Under the pieces are notes generated by a model that was not told the DNA's origin, ran no database searches, and was given only the letters and a program-made list of their open reading frames with translations. Shown here one piece after another: positions 1-9,148 of a stretch of DNA of 53,772 nt. Position numbers and translations under genes: made by a program. The DNA comes from an uncultured Aminicenantes bacterium (GTDB lineage Bacteria > Acidobacteriota > Aminicenantia > UBA2199). The DNA lies in contig CBDAFS010000046.1 in the NCBI GenBank assembly GCA_965195285.1, positions 1-53,772 on the forward strand. The letters are read 5' to 3'. Positions within the stretch are counted from its first letter, which is position 1; each line of letters begins with the position of its first letter.

Positions 1-4
1 TTTT

Positions 5-670
5 TCAATCCCGGAAAGGATGGGCAAAGCGGTTTTCGAAGGAGTTGTTTTTCTTCAACATCATGTTCCAGTACAGGTTGGTCAAACCGAACCAGGACCC
101 GATACGGTAAAACATGATTCTGCTCCGGGATAGCGTTTCCCAGGGAGTCAGCTTATCGATAATCTCCTTGTTAAAGCATCCGTTGACCCCAAAGTCTTTA
201 CCCAGGTTATAAAAATGTGAAAACAATTTTCGGGTCATCCAGGAAGGCTGGATCCGGACCCCTTCCACGCCACCCCGGATAATGGTTCCGGTGTGGGCAC
301 AGCCCAGACGCCTGGTCAATTTTTCAAGGAAGCGGGCCAAAGGCCGCGAATGCACCGGTTCCGGAAAACCGGATTGGACCACAAATCCCAGGGCCGGATT
401 CTCCCGGTTTTGAGTATAGGGCTGGAGTGCTTCAATGAAATGCTTGACAATACCTGGCATGGCATCGGTATAGAGGGGAAAGGCCAAAATAACCTGATCG
501 ACCTGATTGAACAATTCCAGGTGCCGGTTAGTCTCCCGGATCCGGTTCAGATAGGCTACCTCAACAGTATGGGTACCGGTTTGCAGAAAACCCCGGCTGA
601 AATGATCCATCAATATCCGGGTATTACTCTTTTTTCCCCGGGGAGAACCGTTAAATATCACCAATCGCAT
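5..670 (-). CDS. Flavodoxin-like NAD(P)H-dependent oxidoreductase
   Basis: N-terminal FNGSPRG..SNT FMN-binding loop and AFPLYTDAMPG motif; overlaps the upstream flavodoxin gene. Confidence 0.8.
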   Translation of the reverse strand: MRLVIFNGSPRGKKSNTRILMDHFSRGFLQTGTHTVEVAYLNRIRETNRHLELFNQVDQVILAFPLYTDAMPGIVKHFIEALQPYTQNRENPALGFVVQSGFPEPVHSRPLARFLEKLTRRLGCAHTGTIIRGGVEGVRIQPSWMTRKLFSHFYNLGKDFGVNGCFNKEIIDKLTPWETLSRSRIMFYRIGSWFGLTNLYWNMMLKKNNSFENRFAHPFRD

Positions 671-1205
671 CTTTTACCTCCTGAACGGATTGAGCAGTCT
701 CAATACTGAATACCAGCCGGGTTCTCAAGTTGAGAGTAAAACGCTGAAACATTCGGGAAATAAGCTGGATATCTTCATCATCCGTTTCTCTATCCCGTTC
801 CAGAATCAGTCCTACAGCCGGATAACGGTCATATCTTTTCTTATGATGGCATTCTCCATTTACTATTTCAATGTAAGGATGAAGCAGGGGAATCAACTTG
901 TCCTGGACCTTTTTCAACACCGCGCTTGTAAATCCCATCAGCACCGGTGAGGCCATAACCACCAGGTCTGAGTTGATATATTCCCGGCAAACCACAGCGG
1001 ACTCGTCCCGAAACACACACTCCCCCGGGGTGGGTCCCCACCAGCAGCTCCAGCACCCCGTACAGAATTTAATCTCCATATCCCGGAGATTCAGAATTTT
1101 CACCCGGTGTTTATCAGCTTTCAGGGCTTTACCCAGATCTTCGAGGTAGGCATCCAGGGAATATTTTCCGGTATCAGGGTTGCCATTCAGAATCACAATG
1201 TCCAT
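651..1205 (-). CDS. Iron-sulfur flavoprotein / multimeric flavodoxin family protein
   Basis: CTGCWSCW-x7-C cluster motif, MASPV flavodoxin motif; AGGAGG RBS. Confidence 0.8.
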   Translation of the reverse strand: MDIVILNGNPDTGKYSLDAYLEDLGKALKADKHRVKILNLRDMEIKFCTGCWSCWWGPTPGECVFRDESAVVCREYINSDLVVMASPVLMGFTSAVLKKVQDKLIPLLHPYIEIVNGECHHKKRYDRYPAVGLILERDRETDDEDIQLISRMFQRFTLNLRTRLVFSIETAQSVQEVKDAIGDI

Positions 1206-1273
1206 GTTCTGGCCTCCTGATGACCCGGGGTCATCGATTTAGTAACCTGATGGGCTTTTAAATCCGGTAATCG

Positions 1274-1879
1274 TTACTGTATAAAGCAGTTATTCTTGAT
1301 AATGTCGAAAAGTTCCTCAGGTGTTTTCCAGCTGATGTCCTGGGTTGAATAGATCAGGGTATCATAGGCGGTTTTTTCCTTATTCAAAACCAGGAAGCGG
1401 AGCTCGATCTGGGCTCTGTTTTTCCGGATGCGGGAACCGACTTTGAATATATAAACAGATACGATCAACTTGTTTTTTTGACTGGGTACCGTCCACTTGT
1501 GATAAATAAAGCGTTCGGAAGCCTCAAGTTCCTTGTTGAAAAATCCGTTGTCTTTCCTGCTTTCAAATTTCATATTAAAAGCAAAGGTGTTTACCTTGAG
1601 ATCCAGTTTTTCCTCAATTGAACTTTTCAATTTTTCAACCGGAAATGCCTCCACAAATTGACCATCCAGAACGGCAACAATGGGTTCTATTTCTTCTTTA
1701 AGGGAATATTTGAAATTCAGTTTATTATAGGCAAATTCAAGGTTAACCAAATAGAACGTACGATCAATGCCTTCCAGGCTGGCAAAATCCTTTTTAGTCA
1801 ACTTGCTGCCATAAACGGAAGTCGATAACAGAACTACCAAAACGGTAAGAATAAACAATTGAACCAGTGTCTTTTTCAA
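1274..1879 (-). CDS. Hypothetical exported protein
   Basis: 201-aa ORF, TTG start with AGGAG RBS, N-terminal signal-peptide-like hydrophobic stretch. Confidence 0.6.
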   Translation of the reverse strand: MKKTLVQLFILTVLVVLLSTSVYGSKLTKKDFASLEGIDRTFYLVNLEFAYNKLNFKYSLKEEIEPIVAVLDGQFVEAFPVEKLKSSIEEKLDLKVNTFAFNMKFESRKDNGFFNKELEASERFIYHKWTVPSQKNKLIVSVYIFKVGSRIRKNRAQIELRFLVLNKEKTAYDTLIYSTQDISWKTPEELFDIIKNNCFIQ

Positions 1880-2045
1880 TTTCTTCTCCTTACTTTCAAG
1901 TATTAAAGATTAGATGTACTCGAAATTGAAGTTAAAGTCAAGAGGTAACCGAATTTTTTTACTTCGGGTTCCTCTGGATTTTCAAGTAATGTCAATTGTC
2001 AAACAGGCGTCAATTTGGTAAACTCAAAAAGGAAAAAAAACACAA

Positions 2046-2420
2046 ATGAAATTCCCTTTAAATGAAGATGATTTTACCGGGCGGGTTAAAAACTGGATCA
2101 AAAAAATACCGGCCGGTAAGGTGGCCACTTACGGCCAGATTTCATTTCTGGCCGGCCATTTCAACGGCGCCCGCCAGGTATCCTGGATCCTCCACTCCTG
2201 TTCAAAAAAGGACAAACTGCCCTGGCACCGGGTGATCAACCAGAAAGGCACCATCTCCCTGAACCCCGGATCCGGTTATGAGAAGCAAAAACAGCTGCTG
2301 GAAGCCGAGGGAGTGGAGTTTGATGACCGCCACCGTATCGATCTGGACCGCTTCCAGTGGATGCCCGAAGAGATGAATCATTTCGGATTTTATCCAATGG
2401 ATACCCCGGAAGTTTCATGA
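2046..2420 (+). CDS. atl: Alkyltransferase-like protein (MGMT family, non-catalytic)
   Basis: IPAGKVATYGQI and PWHRV (Trp replaces the catalytic Cys of PCHRV). Confidence 0.85.
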   Translation: MKFPLNEDDFTGRVKNWIKKIPAGKVATYGQISFLAGHFNGARQVSWILHSCSKKDKLPWHRVINQKGTISLNPGSGYEKQKQLLEAEGVEFDDRHRIDLDRFQWMPEEMNHFGFYPMDTPEVS

Positions 2421-2478
2421 CAAACATTTTTAAGCGGAAAAACTATTTTCAATTGTAAAAAAAAAAGGTAAAATAGAT

Positions 2479-3060
2479 TTGAACATGAAATATCTCCAAT
2501 TAAACAAAAATCAAAACCGGACCTGGTACCGCCAAGCAGGGTTTATACTCATGGCCATGCTGTTGCTTCTCTTATTCCAGCTGATCATGCCGGATGAATC
2601 TCCCGGCCCGCTCAGCCGGTTTCACACAGAGTTGGAAGGTGAACAGCACTGCCTGAAATGTCACAACCAGGACTTTGAAACCGACCCGGAAAAATGCCTG
2701 GATTGCCACCAAGAATTAAAGTCCCGTATAGCCGCGGGGAGAGGCTACCACCAGGATAAAGACGAGGGCTGTGATGCCTGCCATCCCGAGCATCAGGGAG
2801 AAAATTCGGTTTTGATTGACTGGGATGTGGAGGATTTTGACCACGAAGAGGCCGGTTGTGAACTCACCGGATCTCATCAAAAAATAAAGGATTGCAAAGT
2901 ATGTCACAAACCTCCCAATCAGTTTCCCCGAAAAAAAGGCAGCAGTTATTTACTGAAAAGCAGTCATTGCAACGCCTGCCACCTATCCCCCCACCTCGGG
3001 AAATACCAAGACTGCACCACCTGCCATACCCAGGCTTCCTGGCGGGTAAACTCATGGTGA
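2479..3060 (+). CDS. Multiheme cytochrome c (6 CxxCH)
   Basis: CLKCH, CLDCH, CDACH, CKVCH, CNACH, CTTCH after an N-terminal hydrophobic segment. Confidence 0.9.
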   Translation: MNMKYLQLNKNQNRTWYRQAGFILMAMLLLLLFQLIMPDESPGPLSRFHTELEGEQHCLKCHNQDFETDPEKCLDCHQELKSRIAAGRGYHQDKDEGCDACHPEHQGENSVLIDWDVEDFDHEEAGCELTGSHQKIKDCKVCHKPPNQFPRKKGSSYLLKSSHCNACHLSPHLGKYQDCTTCHTQASWRVNSW

Positions 3061-3066
3061 GTATCA

Positions 3067-4359
3067 ATGGGCAATAAACGGTTTGGCTGGACACTCATTC
3101 TGCTGCTAATGGCGGTGTGCCTGAACCTGATGTCAAGCCAGCTATCGGATTCCAAATTCTACTTCCGCGGTACCTTTTATCAGGACTGGCTGGGATTCAA
3201 GATCAAAGATGTGGATTTTTACAACCGGCTGAGCAGCCGCTTGAAACTAACCCTGTGGAACCGGCCGGGAACCGGCTGGACCGCTTTTATTGATATCCGC
3301 AACCGTTATACCTTCGGCGATGACCCTGACAACCAGTTGATTATTTATAACGCCTATCTGAGCTTTGATAAACCGGATAAAAAAATCATGTTTTCTCTGG
3401 GCCAGATGAACCTCTACGATACGGCTGGTATCGGTGAACTAACCGGCGGAATTCTGGGGGTCAAACTGAATCAATACCTGACCATGGGAGGGTATGCGGG
3501 TATCGAACCCGACATTTACAATACCCGGTGGGAAACGGATTACCAGAAATTCGGATTTTTTGTCCGGTTCCTGGGAAAAAAGGCACGGCAACTCTCCCTG
3601 AGTTACAACCTGGTTCGCTATACCGGTGACACCGAACGCCAATTCCTGTATTTCAACGGCTTATGGCCTGTAAAAAATATACTGATGTTTTATGGCCAAC
3701 TGGAATATGAACTGGATGCCAAAATAAAAAATGAAGACAGGCTGTCGCTGATATTCGTCAACATCCGCCTGAATCTAACCAAATATGCCGATCTGACCGG
3801 CCACTACAGTTCTGGCCGCGGCCTGGATTATCACCGATTCCTGTTGGAACAGTCCCAAAACCCGACCATTCTGAACTCGGGAATTGATCGTTTTTATTTC
3901 AATACCTCTTACGGACTACGGCTCAGCATCAAACCCCTTCCAAATTTAAGACTCTATGTCGAACGACGGGAAAGCGAACAAATCGATGAAGCCATCGAAA
4001 ACCATACCACCCGTCTGGGGGCATCGGCAACCAATATTCTCAAATCGGGAATTTCCATTTTCGGAAATTATAACTTGAACCGGGGGGAGTTTTCTGAATC
4101 CGACTCCTACTATATGTCGGCTTCGAGAAGCTTCGGAAAACTTTCCTTGAGCCTCAGTTATGCCAACTACTACAATGGTGTCATTACCCTGAATGACGGC
4201 ACCCAGCAAATTTTTCACCTGACCGACCATCAAACCCTGTCTTCCAATTTGTTCTTCATCGTAAACAGGCATTTGGCCGTATCTCTGGAATACGCCTATA
4301 CCAGTCAGGAAGAGGACAGCGAACACCAGTTTTTTTTCCGCCTGATCTACAGGAGATAA
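3067..4359 (+). CDS. Predicted outer-membrane beta-barrel protein (porin)
   Basis: Signal peptide, alternating aromatic/hydrophobic strands throughout, aromatic C-terminal strand QFFFRLIYRR; lies between two cytochromes. Confidence 0.7.
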   Translation: MGNKRFGWTLILLLMAVCLNLMSSQLSDSKFYFRGTFYQDWLGFKIKDVDFYNRLSSRLKLTLWNRPGTGWTAFIDIRNRYTFGDDPDNQLIIYNAYLSFDKPDKKIMFSLGQMNLYDTAGIGELTGGILGVKLNQYLTMGGYAGIEPDIYNTRWETDYQKFGFFVRFLGKKARQLSLSYNLVRYTGDTERQFLYFNGLWPVKNILMFYGQLEYELDAKIKNEDRLSLIFVNIRLNLTKYADLTGHYSSGRGLDYHRFLLEQSQNPTILNSGIDRFYFNTSYGLRLSIKPLPNLRLYVERRESEQIDEAIENHTTRLGASATNILKSGISIFGNYNLNRGEFSESDSYYMSASRSFGKLSLSLSYANYYNGVITLNDGTQQIFHLTDHQTLSSNLFFIVNRHLAVSLEYAYTSQEEDSEHQFFFRLIYRR

Positions 4360-4363
4360 GGAA

Positions 4364-5566
4364 ATGAGAATGAAAAGATTCAAGCACACGGAAATTATCA
4401 TAGTCGTATTTATCCTGCTTTTTTTTTCATTATTGTTCATATCCCTTTACCCTGAAGAAAAGACCAAGGAAAAAAAATGGGATACCATTGCCCATGATCA
4501 GACCAATTTTCCTCTGATCGGCAAGCACCGGACCGTACCCTGCGGCGACTGCCACCTGAAGGGAGTCCTGCAGGGAACCCCGACCAGTTGTGAGGCCTGC
4601 CACTGGATCCGCAAAAAAGATGACCGCTATAACCTGCAGCTGGGACTTCACTGCGGAGACTGCCATACCCCGCATGACTGGAAATCGATCCGGCCCGGGG
4701 CCTGGAATCATGAACAGAAAACGGGTTTCTCCCTCAAGGGATCCCATAAAATCCTGGACTGCACCCAGTGTCACAAGAACAATATTTTCAGCGGACTGCC
4801 CGACGACTGTTTCTACTGCCATGAGAAAGATTACAACAATACCACCGAACCCAACCACCTAACCGCCCAATTCTCGACCGACTGCAGCCTCTGCCATGTA
4901 TCGACTACCTGGAATGCCACCAATTACAGCCACTCCGGTTTTCCTCTGAACGGCAGCCATAAAACCGCTGTCTGCACCAGCTGTCACCAGAATGGCGTAT
5001 ATGCGGGAACCCCCACTCAATGTGTAGCCTGTCATCTGAATGAATACAACCAGGTCCAGGATCCCAACCATCTGGAGGCCGGATTTTCCACCAATTGCGA
5101 GATCTGTCACGGTTTTGAAGCCATTTCATGGGAGGGGGCGGTCTTTGACCATAACCTGGTCTGGCCGCTGCAGGGCGCTCACCGCACCCTGGATTGCACC
5201 GAATGCCACGCCAACGGATACAATCTTCCCCAAAACTGCTATGGCTGCCACCAGGCCGATTACCAGTCGGCACAGGATCCCAATCACATCACCGCCGGTT
5301 TCCCCACCCAGTGTGAAGGCTGCCACTTCCCCAATCACATGTCCTGGTCCCAGGCAGTTTTTAACCACAATTTTCCTATTAATTCAGGTGCCCATGCCGG
5401 TACTGCCTGCACCGATTGTCACCTTACCGCCAATTACAATGTGTTTTCCTGCATCGACTGTCATGCCCACCGCAAGAGTAGAATGGATGGGATACACAAC
5501 CATGTGCCCGGTTATGTTTACAATAGCCAGGCCTGCTACTCCTGCCACCCCCAGGGAACTGAATAG
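4364..5566 (+). CDS. Multiheme cytochrome c (15 CxxCH)
   Basis: 15 CxxCH motifs counted; repeating PL.G.H...CxxCH / PNH modules; N-terminal hydrophobic anchor or signal. Confidence 0.92.
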   Translation: MRMKRFKHTEIIIVVFILLFFSLLFISLYPEEKTKEKKWDTIAHDQTNFPLIGKHRTVPCGDCHLKGVLQGTPTSCEACHWIRKKDDRYNLQLGLHCGDCHTPHDWKSIRPGAWNHEQKTGFSLKGSHKILDCTQCHKNNIFSGLPDDCFYCHEKDYNNTTEPNHLTAQFSTDCSLCHVSTTWNATNYSHSGFPLNGSHKTAVCTSCHQNGVYAGTPTQCVACHLNEYNQVQDPNHLEAGFSTNCEICHGFEAISWEGAVFDHNLVWPLQGAHRTLDCTECHANGYNLPQNCYGCHQADYQSAQDPNHITAGFPTQCEGCHFPNHMSWSQAVFNHNFPINSGAHAGTACTDCHLTANYNVFSCIDCHAHRKSRMDGIHNHVPGYVYNSQACYSCHPQGTE

Positions 5567-5588
5567 GGACAACACCCGAACCTGAGGT

Positions 5589-5972
5589 TCAGCAGAAGAG
5601 ATCACCCAGTTTGACAACGATCTCCCGGGCACTTTCCACTTTCTGATGTATCAGGAGATCGTATAGAAACTCGTCTTCGGAATTCAAAGGCATCTCCTCC
5701 ATCAACCCGGACAGGATATCCTGACAGTCCTTGAGGGTTTGCCGTTCTTCAGCCGGAAAAGCACTTGGTTGAGCTTGAACAATTGTGTCCAGCTCTTTCA
5801 GGATCTGACCGGCATTTCCGATCTTCTTCAGGGTAGAATCATCATAAACAAAGTCCTCCGAAGCACTTTTGGGGAATTCCTTTAACAGATTAACAAATGT
5901 CTTAAACGTTTTCTCAATAATATTTTTCGCATCCGAAGAAACTTTGTCTGGCATTTTTTCTCCTTTAGTCAT
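5589..5972 (-). CDS. Hypothetical protein
   Basis: 127-aa helical-looking ORF filling the gap; the true start may be the second Met after GGAG. Confidence 0.55.
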   Translation of the reverse strand: MTKGEKMPDKVSSDAKNIIEKTFKTFVNLLKEFPKSASEDFVYDDSTLKKIGNAGQILKELDTIVQAQPSAFPAEERQTLKDCQDILSGLMEEMPLNSEDEFLYDLLIHQKVESAREIVVKLGDLFC

Positions 5973-6055
5973 AATTATACCAATTTCATATTTTTTTGAA
6001 CAGAGGGGACAAAAACCCGGAAAAACCAGAGGGCAGATTTTTTATAATTAAATAC

Positions 6056-6109
6056 TTGACAGTTCCAAAGCAATCGAATACAATGACCATATCGGTAGGT
6101 AACGATATG
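6056..6109 (+). promoter_or_regulatory. Sigma70 promoter plus ArsR-type operator
   Basis: TTGACA(6056-6061)-17 bp-TACAAT(6079-6084); inverted repeat CATATCG-N8-CGATATG (6088-6109) over the RBS and start codon. Confidence 0.75.
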
Positions 6110-6448
6110 TTAAAGCAAATGGAAAAGATATTCAAGGCGCTGGGGGATAAAAACAGGTTGAGAATTCTCAACATGCTGAGAGACAGTCCCATGTGTGTCT
6201 GCGAAATTACCGATGTGCTTTCATTATCCCAGTCCACTGTTTCAGGCCATTTAAGGGTACTAAAAGAAGCCGGACTGATTGAAGATGCAAAAGACGGATT
6301 ATGGGTTGAGTACCGCCTTTCCCCGGATGAAAAGATTAAAAAAGAACTTCTGAAAATTATCGAACAAGCAGGTAACCAGGATAAAAACCTGGAGAAAGAA
6401 CGACAGTTGGCCCGCCGGGCTGATCGGCAGGTCCTCTGTAGAAAATAA
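6107..6448 (+). CDS. arsR: ArsR/SmtB family repressor
   Basis: FKALGDKNRLRIL, MCVCEI metalloid site, SQSTVSGHLRVL HTH; start moved to ATG 6107. Confidence 0.9.
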   Translation: MLKQMEKIFKALGDKNRLRILNMLRDSPMCVCEITDVLSLSQSTVSGHLRVLKEAGLIEDAKDGLWVEYRLSPDEKIKKELLKIIEQAGNQDKNLEKERQLARRADRQVLCRK

Positions 6449-6509
6449 AAAATTTTATGGTGATAAATCGTTATATGGAAATATACAGAATTAGTCAAGA
6501 AGGAATAAA

Positions 6510-7679
6510 ATGAAAGAATGGAAAATCTTTTTTTTGCTGGCTGTTGTATTTTTGATCTTCTACTTTTTTCCTTTGGCTATTATCCCCTTCGGAGGACCTC
6601 TTTTTGAAGCCCTGGCCCTGGTGCAATGGTATGCCCGGGAACATGTGCTGTTGTGCCTGGTACCCGCCTTTTTTATTGCCGGAGCAATTTCCGTTTTCCT
6701 CAGTCAGGAATCGGTGATCAAGTACCTGGGGCCGGATGCCAACAAGTTTCTATCTTACGGAGTCGCATCGGTTTCCGGCACGATACTGGCGGTATGTTCC
6801 TGCACGGTCTTGCCCCTGTTCTCGGGAATTTACAAAAGGGGCGCCGGACTTGGGCCCGCCACCGCCTTTCTTTACTCAGGACCCGCCATCAATGTACTGG
6901 CCATTATCCTCACCGCCCGGGTGCTGGGCTGGCAGCTGGGATTGGCCAGGGCCGTGGGAGCGGTGGTATTTAGTATTGTTATCGGATTGCTGATGCATCT
7001 GATATTTCTAAAAGAAGAGAAAAAACAGCCTATGGCAGCGGGTTTTCAATTGACCGGATCCGATGATGAACGCCCGCTGTGGAAAAACACCTTCTATTTT
7101 ATCACCATGGTGGGTATCCTGGTATTTGCCAACTGGGGAAAACCGGCTTCCAGCGATACCGGACTTTGGACTTTGATTTTTCAAAACAAGTGGTGGATCA
7201 CCGGAGCCTTGCTCATAACACTCATATTCATGTTAATCCGCTGGTTTCAAAAGGATGAGTTGAAGGATTGGACCATTTCTTCCTGGGGATTTGCCAAACA
7301 GATAATGCCGCTTTTATTTCTGGGTGTACTGGCAGCCGGAGTTCTGCTGGGCCGGCCCGGACATGAAGGGTTGATTCCTGCAGGATGGATCCATGATTTG
7401 GTTGGCGGTAATTCACTGTTTGCCAACTTTTTTGCCTCCATTGTAGGGGCATTCATGTATTTTGCCACCCTGACCGAAGTCCCGATTCTCGAGGGTTTGA
7501 TCGGTGCGGGAATGGGAAAAGGACCGGCACTGGCCCTGTTGTTAGCCGGCCCTGCTTTAAGTTTGCCCAACATGTTAGTGATACGCGGAGTTCTGGGAAC
7601 AAAAAAAACCATGGTATTTGTCAGCCTGGTGGTCATCATGGCCACCATTTCGGGTCTGACTTACGGATATTTATTCTAA
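6510..7679 (+). CDS. ArsP-like (DUF318) permease
   Basis: Polytopic membrane protein with AVCSCTVLP and FMYFATLTEVP motifs; ars context. Confidence 0.85.
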   Translation: MKEWKIFFLLAVVFLIFYFFPLAIIPFGGPLFEALALVQWYAREHVLLCLVPAFFIAGAISVFLSQESVIKYLGPDANKFLSYGVASVSGTILAVCSCTVLPLFSGIYKRGAGLGPATAFLYSGPAINVLAIILTARVLGWQLGLARAVGAVVFSIVIGLLMHLIFLKEEKKQPMAAGFQLTGSDDERPLWKNTFYFITMVGILVFANWGKPASSDTGLWTLIFQNKWWITGALLITLIFMLIRWFQKDELKDWTISSWGFAKQIMPLLFLGVLAAGVLLGRPGHEGLIPAGWIHDLVGGNSLFANFFASIVGAFMYFATLTEVPILEGLIGAGMGKGPALALLLAGPALSLPNMLVIRGVLGTKKTMVFVSLVVIMATISGLTYGYLF

Positions 7680-7701
7680 GGTTTGGAGGAGGAGGATAAT
7701 C

Positions 7702-7935
7702 ATGAAAGAGATAAAAATCCTGGGGACCGGATGTCCCAAATGCCAGAAATTGGCAGAAGCGGCAGAATCTGTTGCCAGAGAAATGAACATTGACTACAAA
7801 TTGGAAAAGGTCACCGATATCAACAAAATCATGGATTTCGGGGTTATGATCACCCCGGCCCTGGTGGTAGACGGAGAAATTAAAATCGCCGGTAAAATCC
7901 CGAAACCCGATGACATCAAAAAGATGTTGTCATGA
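7702..7935 (+). CDS. Small redox-active disulfide protein (thioredoxin-like, MTH895 type)
   Basis: IKILGTGCPKC and GVMITPALVVDG. Confidence 0.88.
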   Translation: MKEIKILGTGCPKCQKLAEAAESVAREMNIDYKLEKVTDINKIMDFGVMITPALVVDGEIKIAGKIPKPDDIKKMLS

Positions 7936-7960
7936 AAATCCGGATAAAAAGGAGAATACA

Positions 7961-8416
7961 ATGCAGAATAATAAGAATTTCCGGGTATTTTCAGGAAGCA
8001 ACAGATTCTTTTTTCCCCTTTCAGTCATATTTTTTATGACCTGGGTTACCCTATCCCTGCCGGGGGTCTGTCGGAATAATGATAAACAGAATTTGAAGGA
8101 TACGGCCAAAAAAGAAGGTAAAAAGCCCGACAATATCAAGGTAACCTTCGTTGAACTGGGTTCGATAAAGTGTATTCCCTGTAAAAAAATGCAACCCATC
8201 ATGGAGGAAATAAAAAAGGAATATAAGGGCCAGGTCAAGGTGGTTTTTTACGATGTATGGACTGACAAAGGAAGACCATATGCTAACACTTACAGGATAC
8301 GACTCATCCCCACCCAGGTATTTCTGGATAAGGACGGAAAAGAATATTTCCGGCACGAAGGTTTTTTTCCCAAGGAAGAGCTGGTGAAAATCCTGAAGCT
8401 GAAAGGGGTTAAGTAG
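7961..8416 (+). CDS. Exported thioredoxin family protein
   Basis: CIPC active site, IPTQVF cis-Pro motif, N-terminal hydrophobic segment; ATG 7961 follows AGGAG. Confidence 0.85.
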   Translation: MQNNKNFRVFSGSNRFFFPLSVIFFMTWVTLSLPGVCRNNDKQNLKDTAKKEGKKPDNIKVTFVELGSIKCIPCKKMQPIMEEIKKEYKGQVKVVFYDVWTDKGRPYANTYRIRLIPTQVFLDKDGKEYFRHEGFFPKEELVKILKLKGVK

Positions 8417-9111
8417 TGTTAGAATCTGTCTTCAGCTGGTTGTCAGAATTGGTGCAATCCACCTTTCTGGTTGCCCTGCTGGGTGCATTCCTCTGGGGCA
8501 TTCTCAGCATTTTACTCAGCCCCTGCCATTTGGCCAGCATCCCATTGATTGTGGGATACATCAGCCACCAGGGAGTAAAATCTTTCAGGAAGGCTTTCTG
8601 GACTTCCTTTGCCTTCTCTTTCGGTATTCTGATCACTATCGCTCTGATCGGCCTGGTAACCGCACTGCTGGGCCGAATGATGGGGGATATCGGCAAGTGG
8701 GGCAATTACCTGGTGGCAGTAATTTTTTTCATTGTGGGCCTTTACCTGCTCGATATTATCCGATTCAATCTACCCGGTGTTAAGCAGATGAAATTCAAAA
8801 AAAGAGGCGCCGGGGCTGCCCTTTTACTGGGATTAATCTTTGGGATTGCCCTGGGTCCCTGCACTTTTGCCTATATGGCACCGGTTCTGGCCATTACCCT
8901 GTTTTCATCTTCTTCCAATTTTGTTCACAGTTTTTCTCTTCTGGCAGCCTACGGCCTGGGTCACTGTCTGGTAATAGTCCTGGCCGGTTCCTTTACCGAA
9001 GTCATACAAAAATATGTGAACTGGAATGAGAAATCCAAAGGCACACTGATAGTTAAACGTATTTGCGGTATTCTGGTTATAGTTGCCGGTATTTATATGT
9101 TAACAATGTAG
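8416..9111 (+). CDS. ccdA: CcdA/DsbD-type transmembrane electron transporter
   Basis: LSPCHL and LGPCT Cys pair in a ~6-TM protein. Confidence 0.85.
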   Translation: MLESVFSWLSELVQSTFLVALLGAFLWGILSILLSPCHLASIPLIVGYISHQGVKSFRKAFWTSFAFSFGILITIALIGLVTALLGRMMGDIGKWGNYLVAVIFFIVGLYLLDIIRFNLPGVKQMKFKKRGAGAALLLGLIFGIALGPCTFAYMAPVLAITLFSSSSNFVHSFSLLAAYGLGHCLVIVLAGSFTEVIQKYVNWNEKSKGTLIVKRICGILVIVAGIYMLTM

Positions 9112-9148
9112 CCTAAATAAAGACTTTTTCAGGTCAGGAGGCAGTCCC

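Noticed and set aside
2046-2420. Catalytic O6-methylguanine methyltransferase (ogt)
   Set aside because: Active-site Cys is replaced by Trp (PWHRV), so it is annotated as ATL
3058-3066. TGA read-through (selenocysteine) fusing the hexaheme cytochrome to the in-frame barrel gene
   Set aside because: The downstream gene has its own ATG and signal peptide, the TGA is not at a Cys-like position, and no SECIS-like hairpin is evident
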